Notes under the pieces: model-generated
The model's input: only the letters and a program-made list of their open reading frames with translations
What the model was told of the DNA's origin: nothing
Databases searched by the model: none
Assembly: GCF_963921235.1 (NCBI RefSeq)
Contig: NC_086097.1
Span: 241,988,001-242,052,000 of the forward strand
Length of the DNA stretch: 64,000 nucleotides
Direction of reading: 5' to 3'
From: Mobula hypostoma
Lineage: Eukaryota
Program-made: the position numbers and the translations under genes
Part shown: positions 25,897 to 37,483 of the stretch, piece by piece
Position numbering within the stretch: the stretch's first letter is position 1
Layout of the letters: each line of letters starts with the position of its first letter

Positions 25897-28720
25897 GAAT
25901 CAGAATCAGGTTTATCATCACCGGTAACGTGATGTGAAATTTGTTAACTTAGCAGCAGCAGTTCAATGCAACACAAAATCCAGCAGAGAGAAAAAAATAA
26001 ATAAATAAAACAAAACAAACCAGTAAATCAATTACCCATATTGAATAGATTATTTTAAAATGTGCAAAAACAGAAATACTGTATATTAAAAAGAAAGTAA
26101 GGTAATCCAAGGCTTCAATGTCCATTTTGGAATCGGATGGCAGAGGGGAAGAACCTGTTCCTGAATCAGAGTGTGTGCCTTCAGACTTCTGTATCTTTCA
26201 CCTGATGGTAACAGTAAGAAAGGGGCATGCCCTGGGTGCTGGACATCCTTAATAATGGACGCTGCCTTTTCTGAGACACTGCTCCCTAGAGATGTCCTGG
26301 GTACTTTGTAGGCTAGTGCCCAAGATGGAGCTGACTAGATTTACAACCTTCTGCAACTTCTTTCGGTCCTGTGCAGTAGCCCCTCCATACCAGACAGTGA
26401 TGTAGCCTGTCAGAATGCTCTCCACGGTGCAACGATAGAAGTTTTTGAGTGTATTTATTACATGCCAAATCTCTTCAAATTCCTAATAAACTATAGCCAC
26501 TGTCTTGCCTTCTTTATGACTACATCGATATGTTGGGACCAGGTTAGATCCTCAGAGATCTTGACACCCAGGAACTCGAAGCTGCTCACTCTCTCCACTT
26601 CTGATCCCTCTATGAGGATTGGTATGTGCTCCTTCGTCTTACCCTTCCTGAAGTTCACAATCAGCTCTTTCGCCTTACTGACGTTAAGTGCCAGGTTGTT
26701 GCTGTGGCACCATCCCACTAGATGGCATATCGCATTCCTGTACGCCGTCTCGTCACCACCTGAAATTCTACCAACAATGGTTGTATCGTCAGCAAATTTA
26801 AAGATGGTATTTGAGCTATGCCTAGCCACACAGTCATGTGTACAGAGACAGTAGAGCAGTGGCCTAAGCACGCACCCCTGAGGTGCGCCAGTGTTGATCA
26901 ACTATATGCTGAGCTATATATAGTCGATGAACAGCATTCTAACATAGGTGTTTTGTGTTGTCTAGGTGGTCTAAAGCTGTGTGGAGAGCCATTGAGATTG
27001 TATCTGCTACTGACCTATTGTGGTGACAGGCAAATTGCAATGGGCCCAGGTCCTTGCTGAGGCAGGAGCTCAGTCTAGTCATAAACAACCTCTCAAAGCA
27101 TTTCGTCACTGTCGATGTGAGTGCTACCGGGTGATAGTCATTAAGGCAGCTCACATTATTCTTCTTAGGCACTGGTATAATCGTTGCCTTTTTGAAGCAA
27201 GTGGGCACTTCTGCCCATAGCAGTGAGAGGTTGAAATTGTCCTTGAATACTCCCTCTAGTTGGTTGGCACAGGTTTTCAGGGCCTTTCCAGGTACTCCAT
27301 CGGGACCTCTGCCTTGCAAGGGTTTACTCTAGCGTTAAGTTCATCTGGTAGTGAAGCATCGCTGCCATTCATACTATTGGGTTTAGCTTTGTAGGAAGTA
27401 ATGTCTTGCAGACCCTGCCAGAGTTGCCGTGCATCCGATGTCGCCTCCAACCTCGTTCAAAATTGTCTCTTTGCGCTTGAAATAGCCCCCCGCAAATCAT
27501 ACCTGGTTTTCTAGACTTGAATGCCACAGATCTAGCCTTTAGCAGACAATGTACCTCCTGATTCATCCACGGTTTTTGGTGTGGTAATGTATAGTAAGTC
27601 TTTGTAGGCTCACACTCATCTGCACAGGTTTTAATGAAATCAGTAACAACTGCAGCATACACATCCAGATCCAAAGATGAATCCCTGAATACAGTCCACT
27701 CCATCGATTCAAAGCAGTCCTGTAGGCGCACCTGTGCTTCCGTTGTCCAAACCTTCTTGGTCCTCACTACTGGTGCTGCAGTCTTCAGTCTCCGCCAATA
27801 CTCAGGGAGTAGAAGTACAGCCAGGTGACCAGACTTCCCGAAGTGAGGGCGTGGAATAGCATAGTAGGCATTCTTGATGGTGGTGTAGCAATGGTCCAGT
27901 GTGTTGTTTCCTCTGGTATTACAAGTGATCTGTTGATGGTAACTATTTAGTGATTTTTTTCAGACTTGCCTTGTTAAAATCTCCCAAAACGATGGTGAAG
28001 GCGTTAGGGTGCACTGTTTCGTGCACATTGATCCCATTGCTCAGATTATCCAAAGCCTGCTTGACATTGGCCTGAGGTTGTATGTAAACTCCTACCAGAA
28101 TGACCCCGGAGAGCTCCCATGGTAGGTAAAAAGGACGACACTTTACTGCTTGATATTCCAGGTCTGGGATGCAGAATTGGGACAGCACTGATATATTTGT
28201 GCACCAAGAAGAGTTGATCATGAGGCATACTCCTTCACCTCTGATTTTTAGAGACTCTATAGATCTATCCTGACGGTGTATAGTAAACCCCTTGATCTGA
28301 ATCGCTGCATCCAGTATGGAAGGGGTTAACCAGGATTCCATGAAAGAAAGGACACACATGGTCCTACCTGTCCCTCTGATTCAGCACCCTGGCTGCGAGA
28401 TCATCGATTTTATTCACCAGAGCCTGCACGTTCCCCAGCAAGATAGTTGGTACAGGGAGTTTTAAACCCCGTTTCCTTAAACGCGCTTGTAATCCTGATC
28501 TGCGACCGCGCTTCCTCTGAGGTTTCTCCGCGGGCACTTCTGACCCCAGCCTGCATTGTTGCCATCTTTTTAAAGCAGCAATAGTTCATTTAAACGCATT
28601 AAGACATCTTTGTTGACTGTACTGACCTTGGAAGTAGTTGTGCTTTTTAGTTGTAACAGGCTGAAACGAGAATATTTAATCATATCCATTGAGAGTACTG
28701 CTGCTACTTGAGTCGCACCT
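25897..28720 (-). mobile_element. Rex/Babar-type LINE, largely complete but degraded (APE endonuclease plus RT)
   Basis: [56 protein letters not shown] motifs and (ATTCTG)n tail. Confidence 0.88.
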
Positions 28721-28889
28721 AGGCACCCTGGAATACATAAACTCCAAGACTTCTTTCCTGTATTTAACCAGCTTCACAAAAAAACTCACTTAGGTGATAT
28801 ACCCTGTCTCTGCACAACATCCATTGAATGGTCTTTCCTGCTCTCCTTGTTCTGTTAATTATTGAATCTGTTCATGTGTTAATATTTAT

Positions 28890-29325
28890 TTGTTTTATAG
28901 GTTTCAATAGGTACATTTAATGTCAGAGAAATGTGTACAATATACATCCCAAAATTCTTTTTCTTCGTAAACATCCACATAAACAGGAATGCCCCAAAAA
29001 ATGAATGACAGTTAAATGCTAGAACCCCAAAGCTCCACCCTCCCACACATAAGCAGCAGCAAAGCAATGGCCCCCTCCCTCACCAGCCAAAAAAAAGCTT
29101 CAGCATCCTCCACCGAACACCCAAGCGTGCAGCAAAGCATCAATACAGACTTCCAGTACCCCAAAGACTGCATGTTCACCCAGTATTCAGCATACCACAG
29201 GTGCTCTCCCTCTTTCCTTAATAAGGGAAGAAGAGGCATCCCCGTTTCAGTGAGGGGGGGGTATAACAAGCAACTCGCCGATTTAGAGAGGTGTTAAAAA
29301 TCTGTAGTGTCACTTCTTCTGACCT
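28890..29325 (-). repeat. Non-autonomous LINE-associated repeat, 3' part
   Basis: Non-coding. Tail resembles that of 47884-48896 (ATTAAATGTACCTATTGAAACC on minus). Confidence 0.4.
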
Positions 29326-29440
29326 CTGAGCCCAAAGATTATTGATGTTTGTGTAGGTGACTGTTCTGCTAATTGTTTTTTTGCTCATGGCTGTTTGCAC
29401 TATTGTCTTATAAATTGTTGATTGCTACTTTGTTGTCTGT

Positions 29441-30810
29441 TAACTCCAAGAGAAGTGCAGGGAACGACAGAAACCCCTCTACGTCGCTTTCATCGACTTG
29501 ACCAAGGCATTCCACCTTTTCAGCAGGGAGGGGCTCCTTCAGATTCTTCCCAAGCTTGGCTGTCCCCCAAAACTCCAAAGTATCATCAAGTTATTCCATG
29601 ACGACATGAGGGCTACTGTTCAGTATGATGGCAGCTCACCAAAACCCTTCGCTATTCATAGTGGAGTCAAACAAGGATGCATGTTGGCCCCAACATTATT
29701 CAGCATCTTCTCCATGCTACTGAAGCACGCATTTGGGACGTCGACAGAAGGCATCTACGTGTACACCAGGTCTGATGGGCGGCTGTTCAACCCTGCGCAC
29801 CTGAGAGCAAGGACAGAGGTCCGAAAGATCTTAATTCGTGACATGCTCTTTGCCGTTAATGCTGCTATAACCTCGCACACCAAACAGCAATTACAAACTC
29901 TCATAGACCGCTTCTCTAAGGCATGCAAGGACTTCAGGCTTACCATCAGCCTAAAGAAAACAAATGTCCTTGCCCAGAACATAGTGGAGACACCAGTCAT
30001 TACCATCGACAACTATGATCTAGAAGTGGTCCACGAGTTCATGTACTTGGGGTTGACCATTAGCGACACTCTCTCCCTCGACGCTGAAATCAACAGGCAT
30101 ATCGGCAAAGCAACATCGATCCTTGTTCGAGTCTACTCGTGGGTCAGGGAAAATCCAAAACTCGCTACAAAGACCAAGACTGCTGTGTACAATGCATGCG
30201 TTATCAGCACCCTCCTGTATGGTAGTGAGGCTTGGGCCATCTACACCAAACAGGAAAGGAAACTCAATAGCTTTCACCTGCGCAGCCTTCGCCACATCCT
30301 TGGTATCACCTGGAGAGACAAAGTCCCAAACTCTGAGGTCCTCTCCCGCACTGGACTTCCCACAATGTTCATGCTTTTAAGACAACGCAGGCTGCGCTGG
30401 CTGGGCCATATCCATTGTATGAAGGATGGTCGACTTCATCCTCTACAGAGAACTAGCAACAGGCAAGAGGAACATTGGTAGACCCCAGGTTTGTTTCAAG
30501 GACCTCTGCAAGCGTGACATGAAAGCCTTAAAAGTCAACACAGAGTGCTGGGAGGATACAGCAGATGACCGCAACAAATGGCGAGGCACTCTTCAGCAAC
30601 ACCTAGAGCAAGGCTGAGTCAGTTTGAGGAGCAGAGAGCTAAACGAAGAGCACAGCGGACAACAACTCCACAACACCCTACACATGCAGCAACTGCGGCA
30701 GAGCCTGCCGTTCCAAGATCAGCCTCAATTGCCACAGTCGACGCTGCTCGACAAACCAGTGACTACCAGAAGCGCAGTACCCATGGTCGACCACGACCAG
30801 TGGAGGCCAC
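29441..30810 (+). mobile_element. RTE-clade LINE, 5'-truncated (RT)
   Basis: QEKCRE..PLYVAFIDLTKAF, SGVKQGCMLAPTLF, LLYGSEAW, RRLRWLGHI motifs. ORF 29498-30481, frameshift near 30430. Confidence 0.92.
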
Positions 30811-31699
30811 ACCACACGTGCTTGGCACTGAATCACAATCAATTCTGGAATGTTTCACATATTGGTATTAAATGATTCTGATTTTATCACTTTTAAACCT
30901 TTATTGGAAAACTTCAATCTTGATCCCAAAGAGATAAGAATTTTTTACAATCATTCATGGCTATAACTTAATTAACATATTGATGACTAAATGTGGCCTT
31001 ACTAAAAGCTGGTGCGAATAAAACAGAGTGCTAAGTAGCAATTGGATCTGTGTTTCTCTTCTCCAAGGTGAGCACAATTGGCTTTATGCTAAGTTGAAAG
31101 CCTCAGGGTTCCGCTGGAAGGAGTGTTCAAGTTCCTCAATGAAGGGTGGAAACAATTAAAAGGAAATGTGTTGCATCTCCTGCATGAAAGTTGGTGAATA
31201 TGGAACAGTGAAGCAGAATTGCATCAGAACTGTACCTTCAAATTGTTCTGGAATAGGATGGAAGGGTGCTAATGGCTTCTTTTACAGTGAGGATTACCAT
31301 GTGTTCTCATGAGTTTACTGATTTTTGCTATTCATTCTGGAAACCGGCAATTGAGGTCACTGGTGTGCACCTTTGTTTCACCACTAACTATAAAACTGGG
31401 TGACATAAAATAATTGCAACCTAATTTAATTTCTTTCAAATTTGAAAACACTTAAAATTTAAAAGAAAAACCCAAGTGAATATGAATTTAACTGTTGCTC
31501 TCTCTATTATACTGAGAAATGTAAAAGAAAGAAACTATTTTTTAAAGAATCAATTAAGTCTCCTTTGTGTTTAAAAGTAGACATCCAGTATATTGGAGCC
31601 AAATCATTGAGAATAACCAAGTTCATCAACTGGCCAAAAGCTATAAACAAATTCATGGAATTAAATAGGATACTGTAGATTCACATCATTGATATACAG

Positions 31700-32115
31700 C
31701 TAACACACACAAAATGCTGGAGAAACTCAAACGGCCAGGTAGCATCTATGGGAGAGTACAGGCGACATTTCAGGCAAGACCTTCAGCAAGACTGCTTGGA
31801 TTTCCTGCATCTACAGATTTTGTGTTTGTGATTCATGTAGAGCTACTGTTAAACCATCACCAATTATAAAATTCATACCTCATTAAACAACAGAAACCAT
31901 GTCATTCAGCGATTTATCCTTCAGCAAACTAGTCCACTGAATGTGATTTGAGTTTTCAAATAAGGGACAGAAAATCAGTAGCATAAACCCTTTTGGTCCA
32001 TCACCAGTCATAAAAAGAGCTTGCAGACTAAAATGCTGGAGGTACTCAACAGGCTATGCAGCGTCTGTGATTAATAATAAACAGTCGACATTTCAGGCCA
32101 AAACCCTTCATCAGA
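31700..32115 (-). mobile_element. Two degraded Penelope-derived fragments (31700-31830 and 32030-32115) with eroded or truncated hammerhead motifs
   Basis: AAAATGCTGGAG..ACTC..CAGG motif. Minus-strand CTGATGAAGGGTTTTGGCCTGAAATGTCGACTG at about 32082-32114. Confidence 0.6.
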
Positions 32116-32611
32116 GACATAATATATTGAATTCTACAAACAAAACCTTTCAGCACAAGGTACCTTAGTCCCGTACATTGTACCTCTTCAAGTGAACGTC
32201 CAAGTACTTTTTAAAATTGACACCCACTGTTCATGGGGTTCCAGATTCCTTGTTGAAGTAAATTTTCCTCGTCTCTTCTCTAATACTTAGAATTATTTTG
32301 ATCTCATCACTCTCTTTGTAGAATTCTATGTAGTATGTCTCTTTAGACCTGATAAATTTCTCTATGAAAACCATTCAAGCAAATTGAAGTTGAAATCTTT
32401 TAAGTTCTTTCTCAATCATTATTCTGAATGGCTTGGTTTTGAATCTTTTAAATATCTGCATAATAAACACTGTCTTAGGATTGATTTTACATCTCATGGC
32501 AATACTTTGAAAATTCTCATTTTAACAAGCAATTAAACAATCTTTTGAAAACTTATTTTTTTACTACAAAATTCTCAATTTATAAAAACTTCAAACACTA
32601 ATCAGCTTGGA

Positions 32612-33708
32612 AGCCTCTGTACCTCCCTCTGCAATTGGTTCCTCGACTTTCTAACCAGAAGACAACAGTCTGTGTAGATTGGTGATAACATATCCTCCTT
32701 GCTGACCATCAACACTGGCGCATCTCAGGGGTGCATGCTTAGCCCACTGCTCTACTTTCTGTATACACATGATTGCATGGCTAGGCATAGCTCAAATACC
32801 ATCTACAAATTTGCTGACGATACAACCATTGTTGGTAGAATCTCAGGTGGTGACGGAGGGCGTAAAGGAGTGAGATATGCCAACTAGTGGAATGGTGCCA
32901 CAGCAACAACCTGGCACTCAACATCAGTCAAACAAAAGAGCTGGTTGTGGACTTCGGGAAGGTTGAAACAAAGCAGCACATACCAATCCTCACAAAGGAA
33001 TCAGAAGTGGAGAGTGTGAGCAGCTTCAAGTTTCTCGGTGTCAAGATCTCTGAGGATCTAACCTGGTCCCAACATATCAATGAGGTTATAAAGGCGGCAA
33101 GATGTGGCTATACTTCATTTGGCGTTTGAAGAGATTTGGCATGTCAACAAATACATTCAAAAACTTATATATTTGTACCGTGGAGAGCATCTGACAGGCT
33201 GCATCACTGTCTGGTATGGAGGGGCTACTGCACAGGACCGAAAGCTGCAGGAGGTTGTAATTGTAGTCAGCTCCACCTTGGGCACTAACCTACAAAGTAC
33301 CCAGGACATCTTTAGGGAGTGGTGTCTCAGAAAGGCAGCGTCCATTATTAAGGACGTCCAGCACCCAGGGCATGCCCTTTTCTCACTGTTACCATCAGGT
33401 AGGAGATACAGAAGCCTGAAGGCACACACTCAGTGATTCAGGAACAGGTTCTTCCCCTCTGCCATCCGATTCCTAAATGGACATTGAAGCTTTGGATACT
33501 ACCTCACTTTTTTAAAAAAAATACAGTATTTCTGTTTTTGCACATCTTTAAATAATCTATTCAATATAAATAACTGATTTACTTGTTTATTAATATATTT
33601 TATATTACATTTTTTTTTCTCTCTCTGCTAGATTATGTATTGAACTGCTGCTGCTAAATTAACAAATTTCGCGTCACATGCCCGTGATAATAAACCTCAT
33701 TCTGATTC
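32612..33708 (+). mobile_element. Rex/Babar-type LINE 3' fragment (same family as 25897-28720)
   Basis: GASQGCMLSPLLY..HDC..KFADDTTIVG and LLPSGRRYRS motifs, ATTCTGATTC tail. Confidence 0.88.
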
Positions 33709-33768
33709 AACAACTATTCGCCTGGATGTAGCAGTTCTATTGGGTCAAACTCAACTGCTAACCATCTT

Positions 33769-33857
33769 CAAAGTTGCTGGTGAACGCAGCAGGCCAGGCA
33801 CCAGCAACTTTGATGTGTGTTGCTTGAATTTCCAGCATCTGCAGAATTCCTGTTGTT
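33769..33857. mobile_element. Tiny Penelope-derived fold-back insert
   Basis: Inverted arms CAAAGTTGCTGGTG / CACCAGCAACTTTG. Exact 13-bp TSD TGCTAACCATCTT at 33756-33768 and 33858-33870. Confidence 0.8.
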
Positions 33858-34819
33858 TGCTAACCATCTTGTTTTTTTTTGAAAAACGCATATTTAATAC
33901 TATTCCAACTAACTTAGTATCTTATTCATGCCAAGGGAAGACATTTTGAAAGGCTGATAGATTAATTGGTCATTGTAGATTGCCGAGTAATGAGGCTAGG
34001 ATTAAATCCAGGATTACCGGGTGGTGCAGTTCGAAGGGCTGTATCTCAATAAATAAATATAGTTCCTTTCAAATCCCTCTATAGGACCTCAAGTAACTCC
34101 AAAGACAATAATTTATCTTTGAAATACATAGCTCAGAATGTCTACTGATACTGCTGCCAACCAGGAGCTGGACTCTTAATCAAGTTGCTCAGCAGACGTC
34201 TATTTAAACAAAACATTACAGCAAACAGACTGCAGATTCTATGTAAATAGTACGGAGATATTTCCAAAATATCTTTCCCTGATAAAAGCTTATTTATTCT
34301 GAAAAGATGCAGGGGAATTCTATAATGTCAGTAGAAAGCATGGAGTGCAGGGTATTTACAAAGAATCTGGAAAGTCAACTCTGGTCCCTGAATGGTATCT
34401 ACATTCTGGCAGGGCACTCACTGCAACAGCCAGTTCACTCACAATGTCCCACATAATACAAATTCAAGATTCAACTTTTTTTAATATCATTTCCAGTACA
34501 CAAGTGCAAAAGAGAATGAACTGTTACTCCAGATCCAATGCAGCACACAAAAAACACTAGATAAAGAGCACCATAATAGAACTAAATACATTAAATGTAA
34601 ATACATTAAATAACTTCTATACATAGATTGATTGTATGTCCATGAAGTGATGCTAGACACAGGAGTGATGTTCAGAAGGCGGTACTGAAAGGAAATGATA
34701 AAGTTGTAGTGGTGGGGAGTTAGAGTGGGAAGATTTTGCTCAGCTTTTCTGCTTGGGTAAAGTAACTGTTTTTGAGTCTGGTGGCCCTGCCACGTAGACT
34801 CCTCTCTGACGGAAGTGGT

Positions 34820-35644
34820 TGTTGTTTGTTGTTCGTCCTTCGTAGTCGAAGATGACCATGGCTTCAAAGTCAAATGGGAGATTGGTGGCTGTGGGTCCAG
34901 AGGTGACTGATGAGGCCAATCCGGGCCCTGAAGGCTCGCCCACATGTGAGACACAAGTGGGTGGGTGCTGTCGTGGCAGTGGATACTGCTCAGGCCTTGC
35001 GCACAGCACGCTTTCGTTGTGCCTCGATGGTGCGCCTGACTTTAGCTCCACGGGCTCCTGTGGTGATCTTGCTGCGCCAAGCTGGACGGTTGAGGGCAAG
35101 CGTCTCCCACATGTTGACGTCGACACCCAGGCCTTTCTGACTTTGAGGCAGTCTTTGAAACGTATTTTTTCTGCCCCCCCCCCCCCCCACTGAGCGCTTG
35201 CCCTGACACAGTTCTCCGTACAGCAGCTGCTCAGGCAATCGGCTGTCTGGCATTCTGACCACATGTCCAGCCCACCTGGCTTGGGCTTTCAGCAGGAGGG
35301 TGTAGACGCTGCAGAGCCCAGCTAGTTCCAGGATTTCCGTGTCGGGGACTTTGTCCTGCCACCTGTTGTGGAGGAGTCTGCGGAGACAGCTCAGGTGAAA
35401 GTGGTTGAGCTGTTTGGCGTGTCTGCTGTAGACAGTCCAGGTCTCGCTGGCGTAAAGGAGGGTGGTAAGGACCACTGCACAGTAGACCTTCAGCTTGGTG
35501 GTAAGGCTGAGTCCTCTCCGTTCCCAGACGTTCTCACGGAGTCTCCCAAAGGCGGCGCTGGCTTTGGCAATCCTGTTGTTGACCTCAGCGTCTATGTTCA
35601 CTGCGCGAGAGAGTATGCTGCCCAGGTAGGTGAAGTTGTCGACT
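34820..35644 (-). mobile_element. RTE-clade LINE 3' fragment inserted in an older Rex/Babar fragment
   Basis: ORF 34990-35601 (AFGRL..LTTKLKVY..LLYASETW..RWAGHVVRM), (CAA)n-like tail, TSD GGAAGTGGT at 34811-34819 and 35645-35653. Confidence 0.9.
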
Positions 35645-35974
35645 GGAAGTGGTACAGTCCATGAACAGGGTGGTTGGGATCCTTCACAGAATCATTGGCT
35701 TTTTCCAGCATCTTTCTACAAATACGTCCTTAATAGTGGGTAGACTGGTGCCGATGATGCATCGGGCAGTTTTGGCTATTTTTGATGAATAATCAGATAA
35801 GCAACACAGTGGGTCAGGTAGCATCAATGGTGGGAAATGGACACTCAACACAAGTTGAGATCCTTCATGTGGACTTGATTTCAACATTTAAGAAAAGTTT
35901 AGATAAGTTCATGGATTGTAGGGATATAGAGGGGTATGGTCTCAGTGCAAGTCGATGGGAGTAGGCAGCTGAAA

Positions 35975-36380
35975 TGAGAGGCAGGACTGCGCAGGCGTGT
36001 GACGTCGGGCAGTGCAGCGCGGCAGATTTAAAAGGGCAGACATCCTGCTTCGGGTTTGATTCGAAGAAGGAGTCTGAGAGTCTGAGTGGGAGTGCCAAGA
36101 AAGAGATTTTTGAAATTTTCGTTATTTTTTTTTCTCCAACGGCTTTCTGAGAGGCGGGACTGCGCAGGTGTGTGACGTCGGGCAGTGCAGCGCGGCAGAT
36201 TTAAAAGGGCAGACATCCTGCTTCGGGTTTGATTCAAAGAAGGAGTCTGAGAGTCTGAGTGGGAGTGCCGAGAAAGAGATTTTTGAAATTTTCGTTATTT
36301 TTTTTCTCCAACGTCTTTCTGAGAGGCGGGACTGCGCAGGCGTGTGACGTCGGGCAGTGCAGCGCGGCAGATTTAAAAGG
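35975..36380 (+). repeat. About 172-bp tandem monomers (about 2.35 copies) forming the CR1 5' end
   Basis: Units start at 35975, 36148 and 36320 with TGAGAGGCRGGACTGCGCAGG. Confidence 0.92.
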
Positions 36381-36542
36381 AACAAAGCCTCATAGAGCGG
36401 GCAGCGTGGTTTGCGGGCGGCGGAGTGAGCCGGGAGCAGAGTGAAGGCTTAAGGACTTCGGCTCACCGGGCTTAGGCGGAAGCGGGCGAGGCGAGGAAGG
36501 TTTGACATTCATTTTCTGTTGCTATTTGAGGAGAGGGGCATT

Positions 36543-37478
36543 ATGACTGTGAGGGCAGTTTGCTGTTCTCGGTGTCGGATGTGGGAGGCCCTGGAGTCTC
36601 CAAGCCTCCCGGACGTCTACATCTGCGCCAAGTGCATCGAGATACAGCTTCTAAGGGACCGCGTTACGGAACTGGAGCTGCAGCTCGATGACCTTCGTTT
36701 GGTCAGGGAGAGCGAGGAGGTGATAGAGAGGAGTGGAAGGCAGGTGGTCACGCCGGGGCCACGGGAGGCAGACAAGTGGGTCACGGTTAGGAGGGGGAAG
36801 GGGAAAAGTCAGGTGATGGGGAGTACCACGGTGGCTGTGCCCCTTAACAACAGGTACTCCTGTTTGAGTACTGTTGGGGGGGACAGCTTACCCGGGGGAA
36901 GCGACAGTGGCCGTGCCTCCGGCACAGAGTCTGGCCCTGTGGCTCAGAAGGGTAGGGCAAGGAAGAGGAGGGCAGTTGTGATAGGGGACTCGATAGTAAG
37001 GGGGTCAGATAGGCGATTCTGTGGACGCAGTCCAGAGACCCGGATGGTAGTTTGCCTCCCTGGTGCCAGGGTCCGGGATATTTCTGATCATGTCCAAGAT
37101 ATCCTGAAGTGGGAGGGTGAGGAGCCAGAGGTCGTGGTACATATAGGTACCAATGACATAGGTAGGAAAAGGGATGAGGTCCTGAAAGGAGAATATAGGG
37201 AGCTAGGAAGGGAGTTGAGAAAAAGGACCGTAAAGGTAGTAATCTCGGGATTACTGCCTGTGCCACGCGACAGTGAGAGTAGGAATGCGATGAGGTGGAG
37301 GATAAATGCGTGGCTGAGGGATTGGAGCAGGGGGCAGGGATTCAAGTTTTTGGATCATTGGGACCTCTTTTGGCGCAGGCGTGACCTGTACAAAAAGGAC
37401 GGGTTACACTTGAATTCTAGGGGGACCAATATCCTGGCAGGGAGATTAGCGGGGGCTACTGAGGTGACTTTAAACTAG
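36543..37478 (+). CDS. CR1 ORF1p (Zn-finger/leucine-zipper N-terminus plus SGNH esterase-like domain)
   Basis: Intact ORF from ATG at 36543: CSRC..CAKC, heptad leucines, VIGDSIVR, HIGTND, DGLHLN. Confidence 0.92.
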   Translation: MTVRAVCCSRCRMWEALESPSLPDVYICAKCIEIQLLRDRVTELELQLDDLRLVRESEEVIERSGRQVVTPGPREADKWVTVRRGKGKSQVMGSTTVAVPLNNRYSCLSTVGGDSLPGGSDSGRASGTESGPVAQKGRARKRRAVVIGDSIVRGSDRRFCGRSPETRMVVCLPGARVRDISDHVQDILKWEGEEPEVVVHIGTNDIGRKRDEVLKGEYRELGRELRKRTVKVVISGLLPVPRDSESRNAMRWRINAWLRDWSRGQGFKFLDHWDLFWRRRDLYKKDGLHLNSRGTNILAGRLAGATEVTLN

Positions 37479-37483
37479 AATGG

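Noticed and set aside
35975..36380. Tandem repeats as a CRISPR-like array
   Set aside because: The units are near-identical with no unique spacers, the context is eukaryotic, and they form the CR1 5' end.
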